A DNA stretch of 64,000 bases from an uncultured Bacilli bacterium (GTDB taxonomy: Bacteria > Bacillota_I > Bacilli_A > RF39 > UBA660), in contig CAKOIS010000001.1 of NCBI GenBank assembly GCA_934087065.1, positions 46,388 to 110,387 on the forward strand, in the 5' to 3' direction. Below are positions 14,260-23,759 of this stretch, piece after piece. Position 1 is the first letter of the stretch, and each line of letters opens with the position of its first letter. Made by a program: the position numbers and the translations under genes. Under the pieces are notes generated by a model. It was given only the letters and a program-made list of their open reading frames with translations. It had not been told where the DNA came from and did not search any database.

Positions 14260-14824
14260 ATAATACCTTATCAACTAATCCATACTCTAAAGCTTCTTTA
14301 CTATCTAAATAATAATCTCTTTCAGTATCTCTTTCTATTTTCTTAATATCTTTACCAGTATTATTAGCAAGTATCTTATTTAACTTTTCCTTTAACTTGA
14401 TAATCCTTTCAGCATGTATCTTTATCTCAGTAGCTTGTCCTTGCACTCCACCAAGAGGCTGATGTATCATAACTTCTCCATTCTTAAGGCACACTCTTTT
14501 TCCTTTAGTCCCACTACTTAGAAGAAAAGCAGCCATAGACGCACACATCCCCACACAAATAGTACTAACATCACATTTAATAAAATTCATCGTGTCATAA
14601 ATAGCCATACCTGCTGTAACACTTCCACCAGGACTATTGATATAAAGATAAATATCTTCATTATTAAGACTATTCAAGTAAAGTAACTCACTTACTATTA
14701 AATTAGCTACTTCATCATTAATTTCTCCACTTAGAAAAACAATTCTATCCTTAAGTAACCTACTATAAATATCAAAACTCTTTTCTACTCCTTCCTCTTT
14801 ATCAATTATCATTGGAATAACCAT
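14258..14824 (-). CDS. clpP: ATP-dependent Clp protease proteolytic subunit ClpP
   Basis: [23 protein letters not shown], the catalytic Ser context [11 protein letters not shown], and MIHQPLGG. Confidence 0.9.
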   Translation of the reverse strand: MVIPMIIDKEEGVEKSFDIYSRLLKDRIVFLSGEINDEVANLIVSELLYLNSLNNEDIYLYINSPGGSVTAGMAIYDTMNFIKCDVSTICVGMCASMAAFLLSSGTKGKRVCLKNGEVMIHQPLGGVQGQATEIKIHAERIIKLKEKLNKILANNTGKDIKKIERDTERDYYLDSKEALEYGLVDKVL

Positions 14825-14914
14825 TTTATCTTCACCTATATATATATTTACGAAAATTTAAAAAAAATATACAAAAATATCAAAAAAAATGATAGAATAT
14901 ATATAGAATAAAGG

Positions 14915-16573
14915 GTGATTAAAGTGGAAGACAAAGTAATAGTAGAAATAGAAGGTATTGGCAACGTTGTAACTAGTGTTAATAAAACTATATACGAACT
15001 TTTAGAAGAACAAAATCTAGAAAATGAAGTAATAGCTGTAATAATTGATAATGACATAACCGAGCTCAGCGCAAAATTAAAAGAAGACACTAAAATGAAA
15101 CTAATCAAAATAAAGGACAGAATGGGTGCCAAAATATATAGAAGTGGCTTAAAATTCTTATACATCACTGCAGTCAAAGAACTATTTGGAAGAAACACAA
15201 ATGTAGAATTGCTTCACAGTTTAGATAAGGGTATATACACAAGAATTAATCTTGAGTTAAATAACACTATGGTTGATGAAATAAAAGCAAAAATGCATGA
15301 GCTTGTCAGTAAAGACATTAGAATAACTAAAGTAGTAACAAGTAGAAAAGAAGCTATATCTTATTTTAATAGCATAAAAGAATACGAAAAATCTCTAACA
15401 TATAAACAAATGACTGGAGAAATGCTAACTCTTTATAGTATGCTTGACTATTATAACTACTTCTATACAAAAATGCCATACTCAACTAAAATACTTACAA
15501 GTTTTGATTTAACTTTAACTACAGATAAAGGCGTAATGTTAGAGTATCCTAGCACTTTTGATATGAAAATACCTGAGTACACACATATGCCACAAGTACT
15601 AAACGTATTTGATAACTATGCCGTATGGGCAGAAAAACTAGGTGTAAAATACGTAAGTGAAGTAAATAACGTAGTAATAAATGGTAAAATAAAAGAGTTT
15701 ATAGAACTAAACGAAATAAAACAAAATAATGACTTACTAGAAATAGCAAACAAAATACAAAACAACATAAATGATATAAAAATAGTCTTAATTGCCGGCC
15801 CGTCTTCTTCAGGCAAAACAACAACCTGTAAAAAACTAGCTTTATATTTAAAAAGCAAAGGACTAAATCCATTCACATTATCAACGGATGACTTCTTTAA
15901 AGATAGAAATGAAACCCCAAAAAACGAAAAGGGAGAATACGAGTATGACATACCTGAGGCGATTGATATAGATTTATTTAATGAAAAACTTGACGCTTTA
16001 TTAAAAGGAGAAGAAACTACTCTTCCAACATACAACTTTCTAACTGGAGAAAAAGAATACAAGCACCCACCAGTCTCCTTAAAAAATAGAGACCTTTTAA
16101 TAGTAGAAGGAATACACACACTAAATGAACTATTAACAAGCAAAATTCCAAGAAAAAACAAACTAAAAATATATATAAGCCCGTTTACACCTCTTGGATT
16201 AGACAGACACAACCATGTTTCAACTGTTGATTTAAGACTTATTAGAAGAATAGTAAGAGATGCTAGAACAAGAGGCTATAATGCTGAAAACACACTAAAA
16301 AGTTGGAGAAACGTTAGAATTAGTGAAGAAAAATATATATTCCCATACCAAAAAGAAGCAGACATAGTATTAAATACTGCTTTAATATATGAACTAGGAA
16401 TATTAAAAACATTTGCTGTCCCACTACTTTATAACGTAGGATACAAAAGTGAATTTTACACAGAAGCAATAAGAATAATAAACTTCTTAAAAATATTTTT
16501 AAACATACCAGAAAGTGCATTACCTGAAACAGCTCTTTTAAGAGAGTTTGTAGGTGGGGGATACTTTGAATAG
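14915..16573 (+). CDS. Uridine-kinase-family nucleoside kinase with N-terminal TGS/ThrRS-like domain
   Basis: P-loop IAGPSSSGKTTT in the central PRK/uridine kinase domain. The N-terminal ~90 aa form a beta-grasp-like region followed by an alpha/beta domain. GTG start. Confidence 0.7.
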   Translation: MIKVEDKVIVEIEGIGNVVTSVNKTIYELLEEQNLENEVIAVIIDNDITELSAKLKEDTKMKLIKIKDRMGAKIYRSGLKFLYITAVKELFGRNTNVELLHSLDKGIYTRINLELNNTMVDEIKAKMHELVSKDIRITKVVTSRKEAISYFNSIKEYEKSLTYKQMTGEMLTLYSMLDYYNYFYTKMPYSTKILTSFDLTLTTDKGVMLEYPSTFDMKIPEYTHMPQVLNVFDNYAVWAEKLGVKYVSEVNNVVINGKIKEFIELNEIKQNNDLLEIANKIQNNINDIKIVLIAGPSSSGKTTTCKKLALYLKSKGLNPFTLSTDDFFKDRNETPKNEKGEYEYDIPEAIDIDLFNEKLDALLKGEETTLPTYNFLTGEKEYKHPPVSLKNRDLLIVEGIHTLNELLTSKIPRKNKLKIYISPFTPLGLDRHNHVSTVDLRLIRRIVRDARTRGYNAENTLKSWRNVRISEEKYIFPYQKEADIVLNTALIYELGILKTFAVPLLYNVGYKSEFYTEAIRIINFLKIFLNIPESALPETALLREFVGGGYFE

Positions 16574-16585
16574 GAGGAAAATAAT

Positions 16586-17590
16586 ATGATTAGAATAGCA
16601 ATAAACGGTTTTGGTAGAATTGGTAGAATTGCCTTAAGACAAATAAGTAAGAAAAAAGATATGGAAGTAGTCGCAATAAATGACTTAACTGACCCACTAC
16701 AACTAGCTTACCTTTATAAATATGACTCAGTACATAGAACTTTAGACGAGAAAGTAGCGTATGACGATGACTACATAGAAGTAGACGGTAAAAAGATAAA
16801 AGTATTTAAAGAAAGTGACCCATCAAAACTACCTTGGAAAGACTTAAAAGTTGACCTAGTTTTGGAATGCACTGGTGCTTTCACTTCAAAAGAAAAAAGT
16901 TATCTTCATATAACTGCAGGTGCTAAAAAAGTAATCATAAGTGCCCCAGCAAAGGACGAATGTAAAACTGTAGTTTATGGAGTAAATGAAAGCATCTTAA
17001 CTAAAAAAGATGAAGTAATATCTGCTGCCTCTTGTACAACTAACTGCTTAGCTCCAGTATTAGATTTACTTAATAAATGCTTTATAGTAGAAAATGGTTT
17101 TATGTCTACAGTTCACGCAATGACAAACGACCAAGAAACACTAGACATTCCCCACAAAAAGGGAATAGAAAGTCGCCGTGGAAGAGCTGCTTCACTAAAT
17201 ATCGTGCCAACTTCAACAGGCGCAGCAAAGGCTATAGGAAAAATAATTCCAGAGTTAGATGGTAAACTTAGTGGCTCAGCTTATAGAGTTCCAGTAGGTG
17301 ATGGCTCTTTAATAGACTTAGTAGTAAACGTTAAAAAAACAGTTACTGCTGAGGTAGTAAACGATATGTTTAAAAACAACAAAAGTGATATTATCAAAAT
17401 AGTAAACGTACCACTTGTAAGTAGTGACATCATTGGTTGCACAGAAGGCGCTGTAGTAGATTCACTCCTAACAAGCGTGATACCTACTAATACTGGTTCA
17501 ATGATAAAAGTATCAGCTTGGTATGATAATGAATGGGGTTATACTGCACAAATGCTAAGAGTTGCTGAGTACTGGTGTAAAAAACGTTAA
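16586..17590 (+). CDS. gap: Type I glyceraldehyde-3-phosphate dehydrogenase
   Basis: NGFGRIGR Rossmann motif, active site SCTTNCLAP, C-terminal WYDNEWGY. Confidence 0.92.
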   Translation: MIRIAINGFGRIGRIALRQISKKKDMEVVAINDLTDPLQLAYLYKYDSVHRTLDEKVAYDDDYIEVDGKKIKVFKESDPSKLPWKDLKVDLVLECTGAFTSKEKSYLHITAGAKKVIISAPAKDECKTVVYGVNESILTKKDEVISAASCTTNCLAPVLDLLNKCFIVENGFMSTVHAMTNDQETLDIPHKKGIESRRGRAASLNIVPTSTGAAKAIGKIIPELDGKLSGSAYRVPVGDGSLIDLVVNVKKTVTAEVVNDMFKNNKSDIIKIVNVPLVSSDIIGCTEGAVVDSLLTSVIPTNTGSMIKVSAWYDNEWGYTAQMLRVAEYWCKKR

Positions 17591-17594
17591 AATT

Positions 17595-17615
17595 GCACAG
17601 AAAACTGTGCTTTTT
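17595..17615 (+). terminator. Rho-independent terminator of gap
   Basis: GCACAG-AAAA-CTGTGC followed by TTTTT. Confidence 0.7.
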
Positions 17616-17633
17616 GTATGTGTTTTTATGTTT

Positions 17634-17753
17634 AGGTGTGAAAAGAACCCTAAAAAAGTACGAAACAGGTGTAAAATCAGCCTTAAAAAACATCAAATCA
17701 GGTGTAAAATTGCATGTAAAAAACATCAAATCACGTGCAAAGTATTGATTTTT
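17634..17753 (+). repeat. About 3.6 copies of a 33-bp tandem repeat (AGGTGTAAAAT-N6-TAAAAAACATCAAATC)
   Basis: Units start at 17634, 17667, 17700 and 17733, exactly phased. Units 2 and 3 are identical at 27 of 33 positions. Confidence 0.8.
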
Positions 17754-17763
17754 CCCCCCCCCC
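17754..17763 (+). repeat. C10 homopolymer tract
   Basis: Ten consecutive C residues directly abut the tandem repeat, in an otherwise very AT-rich intergenic region. Confidence 0.95.
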
Positions 17764-17820
17764 GAAAATAAGGCAAAAAAAGAGACAAAGTTTTTTTAAT
17801 TTAAAATCTATAAATTTTTC

Positions 17821-17849
17821 TTTACAAAAGATTACTAAAATTATATAAT
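17821..17849 (+). promoter_or_regulatory. Sigma-A promoter of the orphan gene 17876..18457
   Basis: TTTACA, 17 nt, TATAAT, then an AAGGAGG RBS. Confidence 0.55.
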
Positions 17850-17875
17850 ATAAAACTAAACAAGGAGGAAAAAAT

Positions 17876-18457
17876 ATGTTAGAAACATTAAAAGCAATTA
17901 AAAGAACACTTTTAACTGAAAATATTTATGAAGGGGATATATTCTTTTTACAAGACGAAAATGAAAATAGCTTTGAAAAGGTGTATATTGCTAGCTACTC
18001 AATACCAAGATTTGAAAAAAGGAGAGTATTATTTAAAACAGGTGATTCACCATATTACGTTAAAGAATTACTTACTGGAAAGAAAATACCAGTATTGTAT
18101 TTAGAACGACTAGACTATGATTTAGCAAAACCTGGACATTGTTTTAAATTCAATATATTAAAAGACAAACTACCTGAATATTGTATAATTTATGATAAAA
18201 GCTATGCCAATTTTCAAGCGTGTTCTAACTTAGCTAAACGCGATTTAAATTATGTTAGTACAACATTAGCGACTTACGAAAATGAAGATAAACTTTTAAA
18301 TGAGAAAACAAATACCCACTTAATAGACGTAATTTTGAGTGAATGCTTAAAATACGTTAAAATGGTGAGTGAAAAAAGATATCAAAATGAACAACGCGAA
18401 AATGATGAGTTAGTAGCTAAAAGAATTTTAATTGAAAAATATCTTAATAGAAAATAA
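17876..18457 (+). CDS. Hypothetical protein (193 aa), no family recognised, inserted between gap and pgk
   Basis: Strong RBS, its own promoter and terminator, and no TM or signal sequence. Confidence 0.6.
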   Translation: MLETLKAIKRTLLTENIYEGDIFFLQDENENSFEKVYIASYSIPRFEKRRVLFKTGDSPYYVKELLTGKKIPVLYLERLDYDLAKPGHCFKFNILKDKLPEYCIIYDKSYANFQACSNLAKRDLNYVSTTLATYENEDKLLNEKTNTHLIDVILSECLKYVKMVSEKRYQNEQRENDELVAKRILIEKYLNRK

Positions 18458-18465
18458 ATAATCTT

Positions 18466-18501
18466 AAGCACAAGTGACAGCTAGATGTCTTGTGCTTTTT
18501 T
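18466..18501 (+). terminator. Rho-independent terminator
   Basis: AAGCACAAG - 14 nt - CTTGTGCTT followed by TTTT. Confidence 0.7.
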
Positions 18502-18587
18502 ATTTTTTCGTAAACAAATATGTACAATAATAATTTTTTTTAATTAACTTTTCCAAAACTAGTGTATAATAAATATAAGGTGGTAAT

Positions 18588-19721
18588 ATGTTAACATTAA
18601 AGAATATTGATGTAAAAAATAAAAAAGTAATACTAAGGGTGGATTATAACGTTCCAATCAAGGATGGCAAAATCTTAGACATTAACAAAATAGTTGCGTC
18701 TTTAGATACAATAAACTATCTACTTGATAATAATGCAAAAATAATAATAATGTCTCACTTAGGAAAAGTTAAAACAGAAGAAGATATAGAAAATAACACA
18801 CTTTTACCAGTAAAAGAAGTACTAAGTAAACTATTAAACAAAGAAATACTATTTAGTAAAGAACTTCAGGGCAAACATCTAGAAGAACTAGTATCAAACC
18901 TTAAAGAAAAAGACATCCTTCTTTTAGAAAACACAAGAGTCATGGACTATCCAAACAAATTAGAAAGTAACTGTGACGAGGCACTATCTCTATACTGGTC
19001 AAGCTTAGGAGAAGTATATATTCTTGACGCTTTCGCTTCTTCCCACCGTGCTCATGCATCAACCACAGGAATTCCTAAGTACTTACCTCATGCAGTAGGT
19101 TTTCTTGTAGAAAAAGAAATAACTGAACTTGATAAAATCAAAAACGAAACAAAAACACTCTTACTAGGCGGGGCTAAAGTATCAGATAAAATTGCTATGA
19201 TTAAAAACTTACTTCCTACTACAGACAAAGTTCTAGTTGGAGGTGCCATGTGTGCAACATTCTTAAAAAGTGAAGGATACGAAACTGGTAAAACTTTTGT
19301 AGATGACAACTTAATTAATGAATGCAAAACTCTTATAAAAACAGAAAAAATAGTATTCCCAGTAGATGTAGTAACAGAAACTGGTTCAAAAGAAATAGAC
19401 GAGTTAACAGAAGATGATATCATTTTAGATATCGGTCCACTTACAATAGATATGTTTGAAAAACTATTAAAAAACAAATCACTTATCTTGATAAATGGTA
19501 CAATGGGCAAGTATGAAGATAAATTATACGAAAACGGCACAAAAGAAATATTTAACTACTTAAATGGTAAAACTAGTAAAGTCATTGTACTAGGAGGAGA
19601 CGCTAACTCTGCCTCTACTAAATATAACTTTCAAGCTTACTATAAATCAACCGGCGGTGGAGCGTCACTTGAATACCTAAGTGGTGAAGTTTTACCAGCC
19701 CTAAAAATAATGGAGGACTAA
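18588..19721 (+). CDS. pgk: Phosphoglycerate kinase
   Basis: VDYNVP, IIMSHLGK, AFASSHRAH, GGAKVSDK and the C-terminal STGGGASLEYL. Confidence 0.9.
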   Translation: MLTLKNIDVKNKKVILRVDYNVPIKDGKILDINKIVASLDTINYLLDNNAKIIIMSHLGKVKTEEDIENNTLLPVKEVLSKLLNKEILFSKELQGKHLEELVSNLKEKDILLLENTRVMDYPNKLESNCDEALSLYWSSLGEVYILDAFASSHRAHASTTGIPKYLPHAVGFLVEKEITELDKIKNETKTLLLGGAKVSDKIAMIKNLLPTTDKVLVGGAMCATFLKSEGYETGKTFVDDNLINECKTLIKTEKIVFPVDVVTETGSKEIDELTEDDIILDIGPLTIDMFEKLLKNKSLILINGTMGKYEDKLYENGTKEIFNYLNGKTSKVIVLGGDANSASTKYNFQAYYKSTGGGASLEYLSGEVLPALKIMED

Positions 19722-20407
19722 TGAAAAAAATAATACTAAATCATAAAAGTTACTTATCTTATGAAGAAATAAAAGAGTATATAAAAAATATTAATAACAT
19801 TAAAACAAAAGAAGAACTAATCATTTTTCCAAGCATAAACTACCTAGCTTTATTCGCTTTATCAAAATACAAAGTAGGTGCACAAAACTTTTATAGCTAC
19901 AACTATGGCTCATACACAGGCGAAGTTTGCTTGGAAAGTTTAAAAAGCATGAACGTAAACTACACGATTGTATCTCACCCTGAAAGAATACTACTTAGAC
20001 TTGACTCATACGAAGAAATTAAAGACAAACTATTTAGAAGTCTTAACATGGGTTTTAAAACAATACTTTGTGTAGGACACGATAACTCATTAAAAACAAT
20101 AAAAAAAGAATTAAAGTTCTACCTAAAAGGAGTAGACTACAAAAGTTTAGACAACTTACTAATAGCTTACGAACCAGCTAGCCAGATAGACTCATCTAAT
20201 GTAAACTTAAGTGAAATTGCATACACTACCGACTTCATAAAAAAGTACATGCAAAAACACTATGATATAGACGCTCCTGTACTATATGGCGGAGGTGTGT
20301 CAAAAGACAACATCTCTGACACTCTAAAACTAACTGATGGAGTACTAATTGGAAAAACAAGCACAGACGTAACATCACTTAAAGAAATCTTAAAATCTAT
20401 AAACTAG
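19721..20407 (+). CDS. tpiA: Divergent triose-phosphate isomerase
   Basis: Position after pgk with a 1-nt overlap. N-x-K (LNHKSY), GSYTGEV, SHPER (His/Glu) and IAYEP (catalytic Glu) are kept, as is LYGGGV. The loop-6/loop-8 consensus is not conserved. Confidence 0.65.
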   Translation: MKKIILNHKSYLSYEEIKEYIKNINNIKTKEELIIFPSINYLALFALSKYKVGAQNFYSYNYGSYTGEVCLESLKSMNVNYTIVSHPERILLRLDSYEEIKDKLFRSLNMGFKTILCVGHDNSLKTIKKELKFYLKGVDYKSLDNLLIAYEPASQIDSSNVNLSEIAYTTDFIKKYMQKHYDIDAPVLYGGGVSKDNISDTLKLTDGVLIGKTSTDVTSLKEILKSIN

Positions 20408-20520
20408 ATTTTTTCTTTTTAGACAATTCACGCAGATTTTCCTACATTTAAAACATAATTAGACAAAACTCGCTTTTTTATGTAGTATAATGAACTCATA
20501 AAATAAAAAGGGAGATACAT

Positions 20521-21279
20521 ATGAAAAAGAAAATCTTAGTAGTAGACGACAATGTTAGCATAGTAAATATGATAAAAGAATATTTTGCTAAAAGTACAGA
20601 AGTAGAAGTAACAGACGAAGCACATGATGGCTTAGAAGCATGGGAAAAGATAGAGAAAAACAAATACGACTGCATTTTACTTGACTTAATCATGCCAAAA
20701 AAAGACGGAATTTATGTCCTAGAAAAGGTTAAAGAAAAAAATCTTACTCCAAACATAATAGTACTAACTAGCTATAATGAACAAGAAACAATAAGAAACG
20801 TAAGTGAGTTTGGCGTAAAATACTTTATCCTAAAACCATTTGACTTTATTGATTTAGAAAAAAGAATACTAGACGCTACTAAAGAAAGAAAACACTTAAC
20901 CGCAGTAAACTTACTTGAAAAATCACTTGATACTTCAATTACAAAAGTCTTACACGATCTAGGAATACCTTCGCACATAAAAGGCTATCAATACATAAGA
21001 GACGCAATAAAATTTGTATATAACGAACCTAAATTAATTGGTGGAATAACAAAAGAATTATATCCACTAGTCGGAGAAAAATACTCAGTAAGTAACTCAA
21101 GAGTAGAAAGAAGTATCCGCCATGCAATAGAAGTATCATGGAACCGTGGAGACTGGGAACTAATGGAAGAAATATTCGGCCACTCAGTAGACATAGATAA
21201 AGCAAAACCAACAAATAGCGAATTCATTGTAACAATTGCTGACAAACTAAGACTAGACACACTCAAAGTATCAAACTAA
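20521..21279 (+). CDS. spo0A: Sporulation master response regulator Spo0A
   Basis: REC domain (VVDDN...LLDLIMPKKDG) plus Spo0A-specific C-terminal segments HIKGYQYIRDAI, SRVERSIRHAIEVSWNRG and KPTNSEFIVTIADKLRL. Confidence 0.9.
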   Translation: MKKKILVVDDNVSIVNMIKEYFAKSTEVEVTDEAHDGLEAWEKIEKNKYDCILLDLIMPKKDGIYVLEKVKEKNLTPNIIVLTSYNEQETIRNVSEFGVKYFILKPFDFIDLEKRILDATKERKHLTAVNLLEKSLDTSITKVLHDLGIPSHIKGYQYIRDAIKFVYNEPKLIGGITKELYPLVGEKYSVSNSRVERSIRHAIEVSWNRGDWELMEEIFGHSVDIDKAKPTNSEFIVTIADKLRLDTLKVSN

Positions 21280-21301
21280 GCATTCAAATGAGTGCTTTTT
21301 T
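21279..21301 (+). terminator. Rho-independent terminator of spo0A
   Basis: AGCATTC-AAAT-GAGTGCT followed by TTTTTT. Confidence 0.6.
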
Positions 21302-21368
21302 CTCTTTTTAACCTAAATTACTTTAAAAATAAAGAAACATGTGCTAAAATATCTTTAGTAGGTGAAAT

Positions 21369-22877
21369 ATGAAAAAGATAATGTTATTAATATTAGATGG
21401 CTATGGAATAAATAAAAGTGACTTCGGTAACGCTATAAAAGAAGCAAAAACTCCAGTAATGGATAAGCTTCTAATGATGTATCCAAATTCAGAACTAGAA
21501 GCAAGTGGTACCTTTGTAGGTTTACCTAAAGGACAAATGGGAAATTCAGAAGTAGGACACATGACTATAGGTAGTGGTAGAGTAACTCCTCAGCCTTTAA
21601 CATACATAAATGAAAAAATAAAAAATAAGGAGTTTTTTGATAACGAACTATTAAATAACACAATAGACTACGTACTAGAAAACAACTCAAACCTTCACTT
21701 GATAGGCTTACTTTCAAACGGTGGGGTTCATTCTAGCATAAACCATTTCTATGCAGTACTTGCTCTAGCTAAAATGAAAGGTCTAAAAAATATTGTATTA
21801 GACATAATCACAGATGGAAGAGACACACCAACAAAAAGTGGAATAGACTTCGTTACAGAATTCATGGACAAAGCAGACAAATTAGGTATAGGCTGTATAA
21901 GCACAATAAGTGGTAGATACTACGCAATGGATAGAGATAATCGTTGGGAAAGAATAAAAAAAGCCTATAATGCAATCGTATACGAGTCAGGTAATAACTT
22001 TCCTAATTACAAAGTATGCTTTAACGAACACTATAAAAGAAACATAACAGACGAATTCATAAACCCAAGCGTAATCACACCAGGTAAATCTATAAAAGAA
22101 AAAGATGCGGTTTTATTTATGAACTATCGTCCTGAAAGAATGAAAGAATTAATAAGTGCATTAACAGACAAAAACTTCAAAATGTTTAGAACAAAGCATT
22201 TCGAAAACGTTAAATTTGTTTCACTATTTAATATACACAAGACAATACCTTTTGCCTTTGAAACAACTAAGCCAAATAACACTCTAGGAGAATACCTAAT
22301 GGAATTAGACTATACTCAAGCAAGAATAGCAGAAACAGAAAAATACGCACACGTAACACACTTCTTTGATGGTACAAAAGACTTAAATAGTCCAAACATA
22401 GAAAAGTTCCTAGTGCCTTCTCCAGATGTTCCAACATATGACATGAAACCTGAAATGAGTGTAGGAGAAGTAACAAGCACTGTTTTAAAAGAAATAGAAA
22501 ATGACTATGATTTTATACTTGTAAACTTTGCAAACCCAGATATGGTCGGACACACAGGAAACTATAAAGCCGTTGTAGACGCAATAGAAATATGTGATTT
22601 CTGCTTAGGAAAAATATACGAAAAAGCTAAAGAACACTTCTATGAACTAATAATAACAGCCGATCATGGTAATGCAGAAAAAATGCTAAATAGAGACAAA
22701 ACGCCAATAACAAGTCACACAACAAGCAAAGTTCCATTCATAATTTGTAACGACGAAATAAAACTAAAACCAGAAGGTACTCTAGCAGATATCGCACCAA
22801 CTATAATAGACTTATACGAAATAAAAAAACCAGACGTAATGACTGGAGAAAGTCTAATAATAAAAGAAACTGAATAA
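21369..22877 (+). CDS. gpmI: 2,3-bisphosphoglycerate-independent phosphoglycerate mutase
   Basis: ILDGYG, NSEVGHMTIGSGR (catalytic Ser), ITDGRDT, NFANPDMVGHTG, ADHGNAE. Confidence 0.9.
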   Translation: MKKIMLLILDGYGINKSDFGNAIKEAKTPVMDKLLMMYPNSELEASGTFVGLPKGQMGNSEVGHMTIGSGRVTPQPLTYINEKIKNKEFFDNELLNNTIDYVLENNSNLHLIGLLSNGGVHSSINHFYAVLALAKMKGLKNIVLDIITDGRDTPTKSGIDFVTEFMDKADKLGIGCISTISGRYYAMDRDNRWERIKKAYNAIVYESGNNFPNYKVCFNEHYKRNITDEFINPSVITPGKSIKEKDAVLFMNYRPERMKELISALTDKNFKMFRTKHFENVKFVSLFNIHKTIPFAFETTKPNNTLGEYLMELDYTQARIAETEKYAHVTHFFDGTKDLNSPNIEKFLVPSPDVPTYDMKPEMSVGEVTSTVLKEIENDYDFILVNFANPDMVGHTGNYKAVVDAIEICDFCLGKIYEKAKEHFYELIITADHGNAEKMLNRDKTPITSHTTSKVPFIICNDEIKLKPEGTLADIAPTIIDLYEIKKPDVMTGESLIIKETE

Positions 22878-22894
22878 CCAAATTCAGTTTTTTC
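22869..22894. terminator. Bidirectional terminator between gpmI and the convergent methyltransferase gene
   Basis: ACTGAAT - 6 nt - ATTCAGT followed by TTTTTT. Confidence 0.55.
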
Positions 22895-23670
22895 TATTTT
22901 CTAAGTATATCCATCACATGACTACTAGTCCCTAAAAACTCATGCTTTTCACAAATACTAAAGTGGTACTTTAAGTAAAGTTTAAACTCTTCCTCATCCA
23001 AACTATTAATCTCTCTTCTAAAATAATCAGTAAGTCCGTCTTGACTAATAATCTTTTCCCTAACCAACTTACACTCATTCTTTAACTTATCTATCTCTTC
23101 CAGTGTAACAAAACTATATAAATCATTTTCCTTACTCACCACGTGAAACTCTTCATTAACATTCCCCTTTTCAAAAGCAGCCTTTATATTCTTATCAATA
23201 AACCCATGTTTCATAATAGCATAATCATTAATATAATAACTAATAAAAATATAACCATTATCTTTAACTACTCTTTTAGCTTCATTTAAAGCTTTCACTT
23301 TATCTTCAAAACTAATTAAATGATACATTGGCCCAAATAAAATAACCACATCAAAACTATTACTTTTGAAACTACTTAAATCTACTGCATTTCCTAAATA
23401 ACTCTTAACACTAGGACAGTTTTTTTCTAACACTCTTAAATTATGCTTAACTAACTCAACAGCTGTCACATCATACCCTAAATTACTAAAGTACATACTA
23501 TACCTTCCAGTACCTGCACCAACATCTAATATCTTAGCATTCTCTAACTTACTTAAATACATATTAATATACTTAACTGCAGTCTCAAACTCAACTATCC
23601 CATGCCTTCTACTAAGCCTTTTATCTTCATTAAATTTATTATAATAATTAACTAGTTCTCTTTCATTCAT
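22894..23670 (-). CDS. Class I SAM-dependent methyltransferase
   Basis: Motif I ILDVGAGTGRYS, with an acidic residue after beta-2 (VTAVELV). Confidence 0.8.
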   Translation of the reverse strand: MNERELVNYYNKFNEDKRLSRRHGIVEFETAVKYINMYLSKLENAKILDVGAGTGRYSMYFSNLGYDVTAVELVKHNLRVLEKNCPSVKSYLGNAVDLSSFKSNSFDVVILFGPMYHLISFEDKVKALNEAKRVVKDNGYIFISYYINDYAIMKHGFIDKNIKAAFEKGNVNEEFHVVSKENDLYSFVTLEEIDKLKNECKLVREKIISQDGLTDYFRREINSLDEEEFKLYLKYHFSICEKHEFLGTSSHVMDILRK

Positions 23671-23724
23671 GCTTCTTCACCAACACTATAATAACAAATT
23701 TCTTAAAAATATTGAAGAAAAAAG

Positions 23725-23752
23725 TTGAAATTTAAAAAAAAAGTGGTAAAAT
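23725..23752 (+). promoter_or_regulatory. Putative promoter of the thrS leader
   Basis: TTGAAA, 16 nt, TGgTAAAAT. Confidence 0.4.
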
Positions 23753-23759
23753 TATATAC

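Noticed and set aside
17634-17763. The 33-bp tandem repeats as a mini-CRISPR. Also the ORFs 17562..17771 (+) and 17487..17729 (-) crossing them, as real genes.
   Set aside because: The repeats are directly adjacent without spacers. The + ORF starts inside gap with no RBS and merely translates the repeats (KKHQI[RT]CK) and the C tract (PPP). The - ORF is antisense to the gap 3' end. I keep the DNA repeat itself as a finding.
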